Assembly (NCBI GenBank): GCA_937890595.1
Contig: CALADM010000014.1
Location: 15,082-79,081 of the forward strand
DNA length: 64,000 bases
Reading direction: 5' to 3'
Origin: an uncultured Clostridiaceae bacterium
GTDB taxonomy: Bacteria > Bacillota > Clostridia > Lachnospirales > Lachnospiraceae
In this document: positions 19,411-29,306 of the stretch, piece after piece
How the letters are laid out: each line of letters starts with the position of its first letter
Position numbering within the stretch: the stretch's first letter is position 1
Program-made: the position numbers and the translations under genes
Notes under the pieces: model-generated
Database searches by the model: none
Seen by the model: only the letters and a program-made list of their open reading frames with translations
Told to the model about the DNA's origin: nothing

Positions 19411-22400
19411 TTATTGGATCAGGTCAAATTCTGGTCCGATCAGCCAGATCCCTTCACAAGCCATCTCCTCAGCTGGTTTGAGATCTTTCAGCGCTTTTAA
19501 AGTGATCACAGCAAGCCTGCCGCTTTCATGATAGAGTTCCTGATCTCCACGGTTTGCAAATGCAAGGTTGATATACGCTGTATGATCTTCATACTGTTTG
19601 TTTACCGTCAGGTTTTCCATAGATTTTATAGAATCATCCTGTTCAATGGACATAAATTTGAGGGCAGCAGGATCATAATGTAATACATTTCCAAATGCAT
19701 TTAGATTCTTCACATCTTTTGCTGAAACTGTAAGAGCAAAGGTATCTCCAGCGTGTACGATATCTGTGTCTGGGATCAAAGAAATACTTCCGGATACAGG
19801 ACCGGTCTGTTTTGTCCCTCCGTCCAGATGGAACATCGTATATGCGTAGTCATAGACATCATAAATACCGTTCCTGTTGATATCGCCACAGCGTTTTTGG
19901 ATCTGATCCACAAAGTTAGAACCATCTTTTACGGAAGTTCCAAGATAGTTCTTCATATTCGTGTAGTCGCCTGCGGAGACGGTTTCATTCTTGTTTGTAC
20001 TTCCCACGGCAAATGGTTTTGTTCCGTCTTTCTTATATACCGGAAGTTCATGGGCAGCAAAGTAATTACGGATGGATTTGGTAACAACCAGTTTCAGGTA
20101 GCGTGCGTTCACACTATCCAAAGAGACAATCTTTACATTTTCTTCCAATTCTAAATTTTTATCATATGTCCAGTCATTTTCTTCTTCGCCATTCCATTCG
20201 AGGTTCCAGTGTCTGCCGTCTAAACTGGAATAGATGTTCAGTTTCTGTACTGAACCGCTTCCATAGTTGTCACGTGGATAATATTCAAATCTGTCAAGTT
20301 CATAGACCGCTCCAAAGTCATAGATAAACGGATACTGTGCTTTTACAACATCGTCTACACAGAAGAACATTCCCTTGAAACTGTAGTCTATAGCATAGCG
20401 CAATGCATCTGCCTCATCACTTCCTGCAAATTTCACAGTTCCGAGCGCACCGATTTCATTTCTCCATGGATCTAAAAGGGTTGCAGAGGTGATCTCATCG
20501 CTCCATTTTGAGTATCCCTCAGCGTTTCTCGAACGGATACAGTAGGTGTGTGTGGATTCATATTCCAGTTCGTCATGAAGGAAAGACAGGGAATCTCCCA
20601 TGGTACAGAATTTTCCATCGACCAGCATCTCATAAGATGTTGCCTCTGTCACACCTGTCCATTCAAGCCAGAGGCTGGATGGAGTCTTTTTTTCTTCTGG
20701 TACATGAAGGAGAGGAATGTCTAATGCAGCATTGATCTGGTCTTTTGGATAGGGGAAAGTATTTACATAGCCGTGGATCTCCAAAGACTGCATTGTTTCT
20801 GAGGCGTCTACGGAGGCAAATCTTACATACAGCTTTGGTGTTCCTTTTACATCTTTTGTCATTTCCAGAAGTTTTGTCTCTTCCTCTGACGCATAGGTAC
20901 AGAGTTTTGGAGCTTCATCATAGAAGAAGATGGCTTCGTTTTCATAGAGTACAGCCGTATCAAATGCTTGTTTTGTTGCGGCTTCCCTCACAAAAAGAGG
21001 GACATCGCCATTCTTGGCATATATGGCAGAAGGTTTTTCGGAGAGATGTACGACAAAAGTTGTGTTTCTGGTTGGTTCATAACCTTGATATGTTCCGACT
21101 GATCTTTCTGCTGTCAGGACAGCCAGACCGTCATGTAATTTAGAAGTATAGAGTGTGGAGACAGAGTTTCCATAAGAAACATGCCCAATCACACCATATG
21201 TGTCCTCTTGTTCAGTCTGGTTTTGGATATATTTCCCATCATCTTCATAAGTATAGAATTGGCTTTCTTCATAAGGCCAGAATTCAATGATGCGGTTTTT
21301 TCTATCCACATGATCTGGGGTATTGTTTTCCTCATACATCGGAAGGATCGCACCGTTTTTTACAAATATCGGTAATTTCCAGAGCGGCGCTTTGAAATTG
21401 TTTAGGATCTGTCCGCCTGCGTATTGTTCTCCGGTCAGATAATCGATCCAGATAGTGTGTTCATCTGGAAGATAGATGGAATTTCTGACATCATTTCCCA
21501 TTTCATCTCCTGCCACATCACAGTAGATCGGAGCAACAAGAAGGTACTTTCCGAGCATGAACTGGTACTGCATCTGTCTGCTGTATGCGTATGTATCCTG
21601 CGGATATTCCAGAAACATAGCCCGCACCATCGGGAGAGCGGTATCCTGATTTCCTGTGTTAATATTAGAAGCAGAGACAGCGCAGGTATAAATGTAAGGC
21701 ATCAGCTGTGCTTTCATTTTCATTTACATGCGGTTGATCCCTGTGTATGGATCACCGAATGTAAATGGTGCTTTCATATAGCTTCCCCAGCCGTCCATGT
21801 TCAGCATCTGTGGGGTAAAGGATTTCCACTGATAATCACGGGCTGCGATCAGAGCACGCCCACCGAAAATACCATCCATATCACTTCCGATATTCGGATT
21901 CCCGCTCAGGGAACTTCCGATGTAGGTTGGAATATGGAAACGGATATATTCCCAGTTTCCCCCCGTCTGATCGCCGGTCCAGACGCTGTTGAAACGCTGT
22001 GAACCTGCCCATCCGTCCAGAGAGATGATGTTGGGGCGGAAGTGTTCTGACGTGGTTATGATGTCATAGGCTGTTTTTACACCATTTAATTGAAAAGAAT
22101 ACCCTGGACCAACCCATGCAACGTCTGTTTTTAGGGTAGTAGCCTTGCCTTTTGCCCCTTCCTTTCTGAAGTCACGCAGCAAGTGCCAGTAGGTATCTTT
22201 GTTGGAATCCGGTGTCAGATTGCTCTCTGTCCAAAGTCCGGATGCGACACCATGTGCATTGGCATATTCTGTAAATCTGGAAAAATTTTCTACATTTGCA
22301 TCCACTGCAGCGATACGTTCTGGCGTACTGCTGCCGTCTTCGTTTACACCGCCCTGCACATAATAGCCATTTTGACCATATCCGCAACCATAGCCGTCAT

Positions 22401-23478
22401 TTGGCAGAAAATATCCAAGAGGCATATCATGTTTTATGTATTTATCTAAAACTGCCCTTGCAGAGTATTCATATGGAGTGTCTGTCGATTCTGGATAATT
22501 CTCCGTGCTCACATATGGTTTTTCCCCATTTAAAGATTCTGAATGTGCCCCAGCGCTTAGATGATAACCGGCTGCCATGCCGCTCTCGTAATGGGTGATG
22601 CCTTTGCTGTCATAAGCGGCATTTCCTTTTATGTTCCATGCCTTGTCTCCGGATTCTTCAGACCATGCATCACGGTTGTAACAGTTTAGGTGTCCCTCGT
22701 AGAATCCATATTCTGGAAGAAGGATGGGATTGCCGGTTATATGATAGTAGGCTTTCAAGAGATCTTGAACCACCTCACGCCCGCAAGTTTTTTCTGTCAC
22801 AAAATAATAAGCGCTGAATTGGTTTTCTTTGTGGATGATGGTTACAAGATCTTCATGTTCTTCACCAAAGTCCTAGAATCCATCTGAAAATGTATTGAAA
22901 AGTATGCCATATCCGTTTGTTGTATAATAAAATGGATTTGGAGATGCCACTCCTCCGTCCATCCATGCACTTTCGTTCACAATTCGAATTTTCTTTCCTG
23001 TGTGCACAAAGCGTCCGTTTTGAGTTCCTCCTCCAAAGAAGTTCTCTTTTGGATGCTTTTTCAGGGTCTGTATCATTTCGTTTTCTTGGATCACAAGAGA
23101 TCCGGCTTCTTCCAAGACCGTGTTTCCATGGACAGATACAGACATGTTTGCCGTATCTTTTTCCCATGTGAGCATTGTTTTTTCACATAGTACAGACAGT
23201 GTTTTTTCGTTATCTAACACCGAAACAGCAGGCTTTGTATATTCCTCAGATCCATCAGGTCTTTGCTGGATCTTTGCTGTGTGCGCTTCATCTCTTGGTA
23301 GGGCGTACTCCCTAAAATTTCCTGTCTTTTCCACATCATAACGGAAAATCGTTTCCTCAAGGAATGTGATCCTTCCTTTCACTCCGTTTGCAAAAGTCAG
23401 GTCAACGATATGATTTTGTTCAGATACCTTTGCCGATTCCAGCTGTTGAAGCTGCCATTTTCCCTTTTCTTCGTTCAC
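19411..23478 (-). pseudogene. GH31 family glycoside hydrolase (~1355 codons) interrupted by two in-frame stop codons
   Basis: Listed ORFs 22873..23478, 21724..22800 and 19411..21723 are all in one frame. I translated across the junctions: ...NTFSDGF-TAG(22873-22875)-DFGEEHEDLVTIIHKENQFSAYYFVTEK... and ...YTGINRM-TAA(21724-21726)-MKMKAQLMPYIYT.... GH31-like motifs run across the pieces (KTDVAWVG, NSVWTGDQ, LMPYIYT). The downstream pieces have no SD. Confidence 0.8.
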
Positions 23479-23658
23479 CTTCCTTTTCTTCCTTTCTCAA
23501 GATCCCCTGTATTTTGTAGTAGATGTGACATTCTATGAAAAGAGTCACACTACAAATTGTGGAGAAACCATATAGTATAGGTTTCTTCTATTTCATACTT
23601 TATCATAAGATTATGAAAGGGGAAAGTATTCTTTCTGGATTTTTGAGATTGGAAAAGT

Positions 23659-23717
23659 AAAAAACAGATATTGGAAATATCACATTATGGTGGTATTCCA
23701 ATATCTGTCTTTTTTTT
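23659..23717 (-). terminator. Bidirectional rho-independent terminator (serves hsp20)
   Basis: 13-bp stem ACAGATATTGGAA / TTCCAATATCTGT flanked by an A-run and a T-run. Confidence 0.8.
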
Positions 23718-23826
23718 CAGATTCCTTCACATTGGATTCTTTTTCATTAGATTCCAATGCATATTGTAGTTAAACTATAATATATATCTTATTCACAACT
23801 GTATATGATGAGCATTTTACCAGAGA

Positions 23827-24279
23827 TTAGCCTTCAATGGATATCAGATGGCTCTCTTCATTCTTAGGAAGTGCCTCTTTTTTAGGAACGGAAAGCTGAA
23901 GGATGCCGTTTTCAAATTTTGCTTTGATATCTTCCTGTTTGATCTGATCGCCTACATAGAATGTTCTGCTCATAGAACCTGCGTAGCGTTCACGGCGGAT
24001 GTAGTTACCCTTCTCATCCTTTTGGTCTTTATCCAGACCCTTGGCAGCCTCAATGGTCAAATAGCCGTCTTTCAGGGAAGCGTTGATATCATCTTTCTTA
24101 AAACCAGGAAGATCAATATCCAGTTCATAAGAAGAATCTGTCTCACGAACATCTGTCTTCATCATGTTCTTTGCATGTTTGCCATAAAGTGGATTGCTGC
24201 GTCCAAAGAAATCCATATCAAACGGATCATTCATCCAGTTATCAAATACGTTATCATTAAAAATACTAGGCATTAACAT
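23827..24279 (-). CDS. Hsp20/alpha-crystallin family small heat-shock protein
   Basis: The alpha-crystallin domain pattern (DVRETDSSYELDIDLPGFKKDDI...GYLTI...ERYAGSMSRTF.V) is characteristic. SD GGAGG lies 8 nt upstream. Confidence 0.9.
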   Translation of the reverse strand: MLMPSIFNDNVFDNWMNDPFDMDFFGRSNPLYGKHAKNMMKTDVRETDSSYELDIDLPGFKKDDINASLKDGYLTIEAAKGLDKDQKDEKGNYIRRERYAGSMSRTFYVGDQIKQEDIKAKFENGILQLSVPKKEALPKNEESHLISIEG

Positions 24280-24409
24280 AAATCATTCCTCCATTCTAAA
24301 GATGTTATATATTTTTTTATTGTTTGTCTATAGTATATACAGGGGAAGAGAATCTATATTCGGATTTCTGTTTTCTTTTTATCCATTCTCTTTCCTTTGT
24401 TATATCTGT

Positions 24410-24438
24410 AATATAACACGCATTATTAGCAATGTCAA
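24410..24438 (-). promoter_or_regulatory. Candidate sigma-A promoter of hsp20
   Basis: On the minus strand: TTGACA, 17-nt spacer ending TGT, TATATT. Confidence 0.55.
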
Positions 24439-24452
24439 GAGGTGAGTGCTAA
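24426..24452. promoter_or_regulatory. CIRCE-like HrcA operator
   Basis: TTAGCAATG-N9-GAGTGCTAA compared with the consensus TTAGCACTC-N9-GAGTGCTAA. The right arm matches 9/9 and the left arm 6/9. It overlaps the -35 of the hsp20 promoter candidate. Confidence 0.55.
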
Positions 24453-24545
24453 TTATTTTGTGAAAAATTTGTGAAGTCTCATAAACAAATTTATCCATAA
24501 CCCAAAGGTCGTTTATGGGACTTCACAGACTTTACTCAAAAAAGT

Positions 24546-25028
24546 TTAATTCTTTTCCTCTAAGATACATTGCATAAGTGTTTTTTTGGGGGACATCCCC
24601 ATTTTTTCATAAAAATGTTTTGCTGTGTCATTGCCTTCCCATACATTTAACGTCAGTTCATAACATCCCAGTCGCTTTGCCTCTTCTTTGGCAAACTCAA
24701 ATAGATGTCTTCCGATGTTCATTCCCCGTACGGTCTGGTCTACACACAGATCATCAATGAAGAAACTTTTAAAAGGAATCATATTATTAGAGATATAAGG
24801 TTTTTTGATTCGGCAGAAAGCATAACCGATCACCTCATCTTTATCATCTGTTGCTACAAAAATAGGATTTTGGTCATCTAAGACCATCTGTTCCAGTTCA
24901 GGATTGGTATACTTGGTCGTGTCTGGAATAAAGATATCAGGTCGGATATCCGCATGTATTTTTAAAACCTGTGTCAGTAAGTCATTGATCTTAGGGATAT
25001 CTTTGTTTTTGGCTCTTCTAATGTTCAT
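24546..25028 (-). CDS. GNAT family N-acetyltransferase
   Basis: Motif A-like QTVRGMNIGRHLFEFAKEEAKRLG. The ATG at 25028 has an SD GAGGT; the listed longer start lacks one. Confidence 0.85.
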   Translation of the reverse strand: MNIRRAKNKDIPKINDLLTQVLKIHADIRPDIFIPDTTKYTNPELEQMVLDDQNPIFVATDDKDEVIGYAFCRIKKPYISNNMIPFKSFFIDDLCVDQTVRGMNIGRHLFEFAKEEAKRLGCYELTLNVWEGNDTAKHFYEKMGMSPKKTLMQCILEEKN

Positions 25029-25159
25029 AAAATTACCTCGGTGCGGAAACCCACTGCCTTTAGGTGGTGGGAGAATCACCGTTTTCCTTTCTTATTTATA
25101 GAAGTGAATGTGTTTTGCCTGATAGAGGCGAATATGTTTTTAGTTACAAAAGTAAAGAT

Positions 25160-26314
25160 TTATGGGGCTTCTTCTGGAAGTCGGTGAACTAATATAGCAA
25201 AGAGAAACAGACCGGCACAGGGGATGATGTTTGTCATCATTCCTGCTTGAATTCCGACATGGTTTGTCACGATACCTATGATCCAAGGCATTAGGATAGC
25301 ACCACTGCTTGCTACAGGCAGCATGACACCGATGCTGGTCACACTTGTCATTCTGCCGGCTAAGGACGTAGCAGTGGGATTCATGCCTGCCATACTGAAT
25401 GCAAAGCAGAATAAAAGCAGGATGGCAGAAGTCTGTGTATTAGCCAGAATCATGGCAAAATAAAAGACAGTGCATCCAAGTGACATAGAAACCATGGCTT
25501 TTGCCGGTTTTTTGAGAGGAAAGACAAAGGCGATCAAAAGTCTGGCGATCAGGGTGGCAGCCCACATCACAGTGACGGTATAAGTACTGAGAACACCTGT
25601 CAGGATACCGCTTCCTTTAAAGTAGGAGACCATCCAGTTGTTGACACTGGTTTCAGCTGCATTTTGACAGAAGATCAGTCCTGTCAGAAGCCAGAAACGC
25701 CTGCTTTTGAGGAAAGCCCAATCTGTGTGCTGTGTCTGGGCTGTTTTTTGTCCGTCTTCCATGGGTACTGTAAAAAATACGATCCAGAGAACCATACCGC
25801 AGGCAGAGAGGAGAAACATGGGTGCAGTAAATCCACTATTTTGTGCCATTAAAATAAGGAACGGGCACAGAAGAGCGCCACAGGCATAACAGGCATGCAT
25901 AAGGTTCATTCCAGTGGTACGGTTTGTACTGTTATTCCCAACTAAAATGGTACAAGTGTTGATGGTAGAACCTTTGGCAATACCAAGAAGGAAGAAGGCA
26001 AGCATGAAAAGAAGCATCCACCCGTGGATTCCCATACAGGCATATCCGATCGTATATCCTATTGTGAGAAGTGCAACACTTTTTTTCATTCCAAGTCGGG
26101 TGGGCAATATGCCAGCCAGAAAAACGGCGATTAAGTTACCGATGTTCATAAGAGATATGAAAGTTCCTGTCATTCCATAATCAAATTGATACTGTTCCTG
26201 AAGGTGTGTTACGATAATGCCTGGGCTGATCGCACAGATCCCACTGATAAAAAAAGCGATCAGTCCAGCATTGCGTTTCCACATACGGTGTTCAGTTTCT
26301 GCTTTTGTATTCAT
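25160..26314 (-). CDS. MFS transporter
   Basis: ~12 predicted TM segments; 384 aa. Confidence 0.8.
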   Translation of the reverse strand: MNTKAETEHRMWKRNAGLIAFFISGICAISPGIIVTHLQEQYQFDYGMTGTFISLMNIGNLIAVFLAGILPTRLGMKKSVALLTIGYTIGYACMGIHGWMLLFMLAFFLLGIAKGSTINTCTILVGNNSTNRTTGMNLMHACYACGALLCPFLILMAQNSGFTAPMFLLSACGMVLWIVFFTVPMEDGQKTAQTQHTDWAFLKSRRFWLLTGLIFCQNAAETSVNNWMVSYFKGSGILTGVLSTYTVTVMWAATLIARLLIAFVFPLKKPAKAMVSMSLGCTVFYFAMILANTQTSAILLLFCFAFSMAGMNPTATSLAGRMTSVTSIGVMLPVASSGAILMPWIIGIVTNHVGIQAGMMTNIIPCAGLFLFAILVHRLPEEAP

Positions 26315-26565
26315 CTCAATTCCCCAATCTTATTTTAATTTAGAATAAAGATATCTTAACATAGTCAGAAAAAATATTCCAGTAGAAGAAAAAAATAGAA
26401 AATAAGTAAAAGTAGAGGCTGGATTCATACGTTTGAAATGCTGCTTAAAGCGTTCAGAAGTTGCCGAAAACATGAAATTATGATACAATGTGCTGAAAGA
26501 GGTTTGATCGACTAATTTTATAGAAACAATGTTTGGCGGGGTAAAAGAAAAGTAGGGAGTTGGAT

Positions 26566-28611
26566 ATGAAAGAGAAAATAAAGATAAAAGGGCAGCTGGG
26601 GATTTATTTGATGTGGCCGCTGCTTTTGTCCGTTCTGCTGGTGGCGATGAACCTGCTCATAGCAGCAGTCGATATTCAGGCTGGAATTGTAATGGCGGCT
26701 TTGACGATCGTTTATGTGGCGATCGCAATATGGCTGTACTTCTATAAACGAAAAGGTCTTTTAGCAGGTCTTGTGGATTTCTCTTCCCAGTATGCCTGGG
26801 TGCAGAAAGAACTGCTGCTCCATATGGGAGTTCCATATGCGATCGCTGACAAAGATGGACATCTGCTTTGGATGAACCATGCGTTTGCAGAGGTGATAGG
26901 AGAAGAACGGTCATGCAGAAAAAGCCTTAGTACATTATTTCCGGAACTTGCAAAAGAAGGATTGGACAAGATAAAAAATGGAGAACCGATCCATATCAAG
27001 ACAAAAGAACGAAGATTTTCTGTAGAGATCAAGGAAGTCTGTTTTGAGAATGATGAGCTAATGGCAGAAACACTGGGAAGTGAGATAGAAAAGGAATCTT
27101 TACTTGCAGTGTACCTCTATGATGAGACGGATATTTTGAAATACCGTCAGGAGATCTTAGATCAGAAGCTGGTGGCAGGTTTAATTTATCTGGATAACTA
27201 TGAAGAAGCCCTGAACAGTGTAGAAGACGTGAGACGTTCTCTTTTGACAGCGCTGATTGACCGCAAGATCAACAAGTATATTTCCGGTTTTGGTGGTATT
27301 GTAAAGCGTTTGGAGAAAGACAAGTATTTTATTGCGATCAAACAAAAATATATGAACAATATAGAAGAAGACCATTTTTCATTGTTGGAAGAGGTAAAGA
27401 CAGTGAATATCGGCAATGAGATGGCTGTTACTTTGAGTATTGGTCTTGGAATGAATGGGGAAAGCTACAGTCAAAATTATGATTACGCAAGAACTGCTAT
27501 TGATATGGCACTGGGAAGGGGCGGAGATCAGGCTGTTGTCAAAAATGGAAATAAGATCCAGTATTATGGAGGAAAGGCACAGCAGGCAGAGAAAACGACC
27601 CGTGTAAAAGCCCGTGTCAAGGCACATGCGCTGCGTGAATTGATGGATGGCAAAGAGCGCCTTCTGATCATGGGACATAAGATAGGAGATATTGATTCTC
27701 TGGGCGCTTCCATTGGTATTTACCGTATTGCAACAGCACTGAACAAAAAAGCACATATTGTTATCAATGATGTAACTTCTTCTGTACGCCCAATGATGGA
27801 GCGTTTTATGAACAATGCAGATTATCCAGAAGATCTGTTCCTGACTGGAAGTAAGGCAGCAGAGATGGTGGATAGCTCTACCATGTTGGTCGTTGTGGAT
27901 GTAAACAGACCTAGCTTTACAGAATCACCGGAACTTTTGCAGATGGTGAAGACGATCGTGGTGTTAGATCATCACAGACAGACAAGTGAGATCATTGACA
28001 ATGCGGTATTGTCCTATGTAGAACCGTATGCATCTTCTACATGTGAGATGGTAGCAGAGATTTTACAGTATATTGCAGATGGGATTAAGGTACGTCCAGC
28101 AGAGGCAGATGCCATGTACGCTGGAATTGTAATTGATACACATAATTTTGAGAACCAGACAGGCGTGCGTACATTTGAGGCAGCGGCGTTCTTGCGCCGT
28201 TCTGGTGCGGATGTCACCCGTGTGCGCAAACTGTTTAGAGAGAAGATGGTGGATTATAAGGCACGGGCGGAAGCAATCCGAAGTGCAGAGATTTTTGAAG
28301 GTGCATTTGCGATCGGAGTATGTCCGGCAGAAAATGTGGAAAGTCCTACCGTTGTGGGAGCGCAGGCGGCAAATGAGCTGTTGGATATTATAGGTATCAG
28401 GGCATCCGTTGTTTTGACACCGTTTAATGGAAAGATATATTTGAGTGCTCGTTCCATTGATGAAGTCAATGTACAGATTATTATGGAAAAACTTGGAGGA
28501 GGCGGTCACAGAACGATCGCCGGAGCCCAGTTGAAAGATATGACTGTGGATGAAGCGAAAAAGCTGTTAAAAGAAACGCTGAAATCCATGCTTGAGAAGG
28601 GAGAAATATAA
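26566..28611 (+). CDS. gdpP: GdpP-type DHH/DHHA1 phosphodiesterase (cyclic-di-AMP phosphodiesterase)
   Basis: Two N-terminal TM helices, a PAS-like and degenerate GGDEF-like middle region, DHH (VLDHHR) and DHHA1 ([11 protein letters not shown]). Conserved gdpP-rplI-dnaB synteny. Confidence 0.85.
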   Translation: MKEKIKIKGQLGIYLMWPLLLSVLLVAMNLLIAAVDIQAGIVMAALTIVYVAIAIWLYFYKRKGLLAGLVDFSSQYAWVQKELLLHMGVPYAIADKDGHLLWMNHAFAEVIGEERSCRKSLSTLFPELAKEGLDKIKNGEPIHIKTKERRFSVEIKEVCFENDELMAETLGSEIEKESLLAVYLYDETDILKYRQEILDQKLVAGLIYLDNYEEALNSVEDVRRSLLTALIDRKINKYISGFGGIVKRLEKDKYFIAIKQKYMNNIEEDHFSLLEEVKTVNIGNEMAVTLSIGLGMNGESYSQNYDYARTAIDMALGRGGDQAVVKNGNKIQYYGGKAQQAEKTTRVKARVKAHALRELMDGKERLLIMGHKIGDIDSLGASIGIYRIATALNKKAHIVINDVTSSVRPMMERFMNNADYPEDLFLTGSKAAEMVDSSTMLVVVDVNRPSFTESPELLQMVKTIVVLDHHRQTSEIIDNAVLSYVEPYASSTCEMVAEILQYIADGIKVRPAEADAMYAGIVIDTHNFENQTGVRTFEAAAFLRRSGADVTRVRKLFREKMVDYKARAEAIRSAEIFEGAFAIGVCPAENVESPTVVGAQAANELLDIIGIRASVVLTPFNGKIYLSARSIDEVNVQIIMEKLGGGGHRTIAGAQLKDMTVDEAKKLLKETLKSMLEKGEI

Positions 28612-28612
28612 A

Positions 28613-29059
28613 ATGGAAGTAATTTTGTTAGAGGATGTAAAGGCACTTGGAAAAAAGGGTCAGATTGTAAAGGTAAATGATGGATATGCAAGAAATTTTA
28701 TTTTAAAGAAAAAACTGGGGCTTGAGGCAACACCAAAGAACTTAAATGACTTAAAACTCCAGAAAGCAAGTGAGGAAAAAATTGCCGCAGAGAAACTGGC
28801 AGAGGCACAGAAACTCTCTGATATTTTAAAAGAGCAGTCTATCACAGTCTCCATTAAGGCAGGTCAGGGCGGAAGAGCCTTCGGTTCTGTTTCTAGCAAG
28901 GAGATCGCACAGGAGATCACAACACAGTTGGGACACGACATTGACAAGAAAAAGATCGTATTGCCAGAGCCGATCAAGACATTTGGTTCACATGAGGTCA
29001 GCATTAAACTGCACAAAGATGTGACAGCTACACTGATGGTTAAGGTAGTAGAGGCATAA
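28613..29059 (+). CDS. rplI: 50S ribosomal protein L9
   Basis: [30 protein letters not shown] typical L9 N-terminus. Confidence 0.95.
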   Translation: MEVILLEDVKALGKKGQIVKVNDGYARNFILKKKLGLEATPKNLNDLKLQKASEEKIAAEKLAEAQKLSDILKEQSITVSIKAGQGGRAFGSVSSKEIAQEITTQLGHDIDKKKIVLPEPIKTFGSHEVSIKLHKDVTATLMVKVVEA

Positions 29060-29194
29060 TTGTTCATGTTAAGATGACAGAGAACAGATTTGTATCAGAT
29101 GCCGCAGGATCAATAGATATAGTTTGGTTTGTAGATAAATATATATTGTGGTGTTTGGTATGAAAATAAGAAAAATGTGCATAAATACAAGAGT

Positions 29195-29262
29195 GAGGAC
29201 GCTTTCGGGTCGAACCGGTGTGCCGCATAAGGTACACAGAGGCTTGAGCGTCCTCAACTTTT
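29195..29262 (+). other. Structured RNA-like element or weak terminator between rplI and dnaB
   Basis: Closing 9-bp stem GAGGACGCT / AGCGTCCTC encloses two internal hairpins (CGG..CCG; GTGTGCC/GGTACAC with a G-U pair that only works on the plus strand). AACTTTTCG follows. Confidence 0.35.
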
Positions 29263-29306
29263 CGCTGTAACACCGTAGAATGGGGATTCACATAGGAGGA
29301 AACAAA

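Noticed and set aside
19247-19412. Tandem 15-bp duplication (AATGTAAGTTAGAAT x2) and repeated TCATTTTATCTT motifs between the ABC operon and the GH31 3' end
   Set aside because: These are short, low-complexity, T-rich repeats in a convergent intergenic spacer. They have no associated ORF or structure beyond the adjacent terminator, so they are noted as minor slippage products.
19411-23478. Stop-codon reassignment or programmed readthrough as the explanation for the two in-frame stops in GH31
   Set aside because: TAA and TAG clearly terminate many well-defined genes in the same window (for example the SBP, xdhA, the ABC-2 permease, the gldG-like gene and guaD). A code change is therefore not supported, and pseudogenisation or sequence error is the more parsimonious explanation.
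29195-29262. tRNA-like appearance on the minus strand (GGTTCGACCC resembles a T-loop)
   Set aside because: There is no cloverleaf. The T-stem would be only 3 bp, the anticodon-like helix has an A-C mismatch on that strand, and there is no D-arm.
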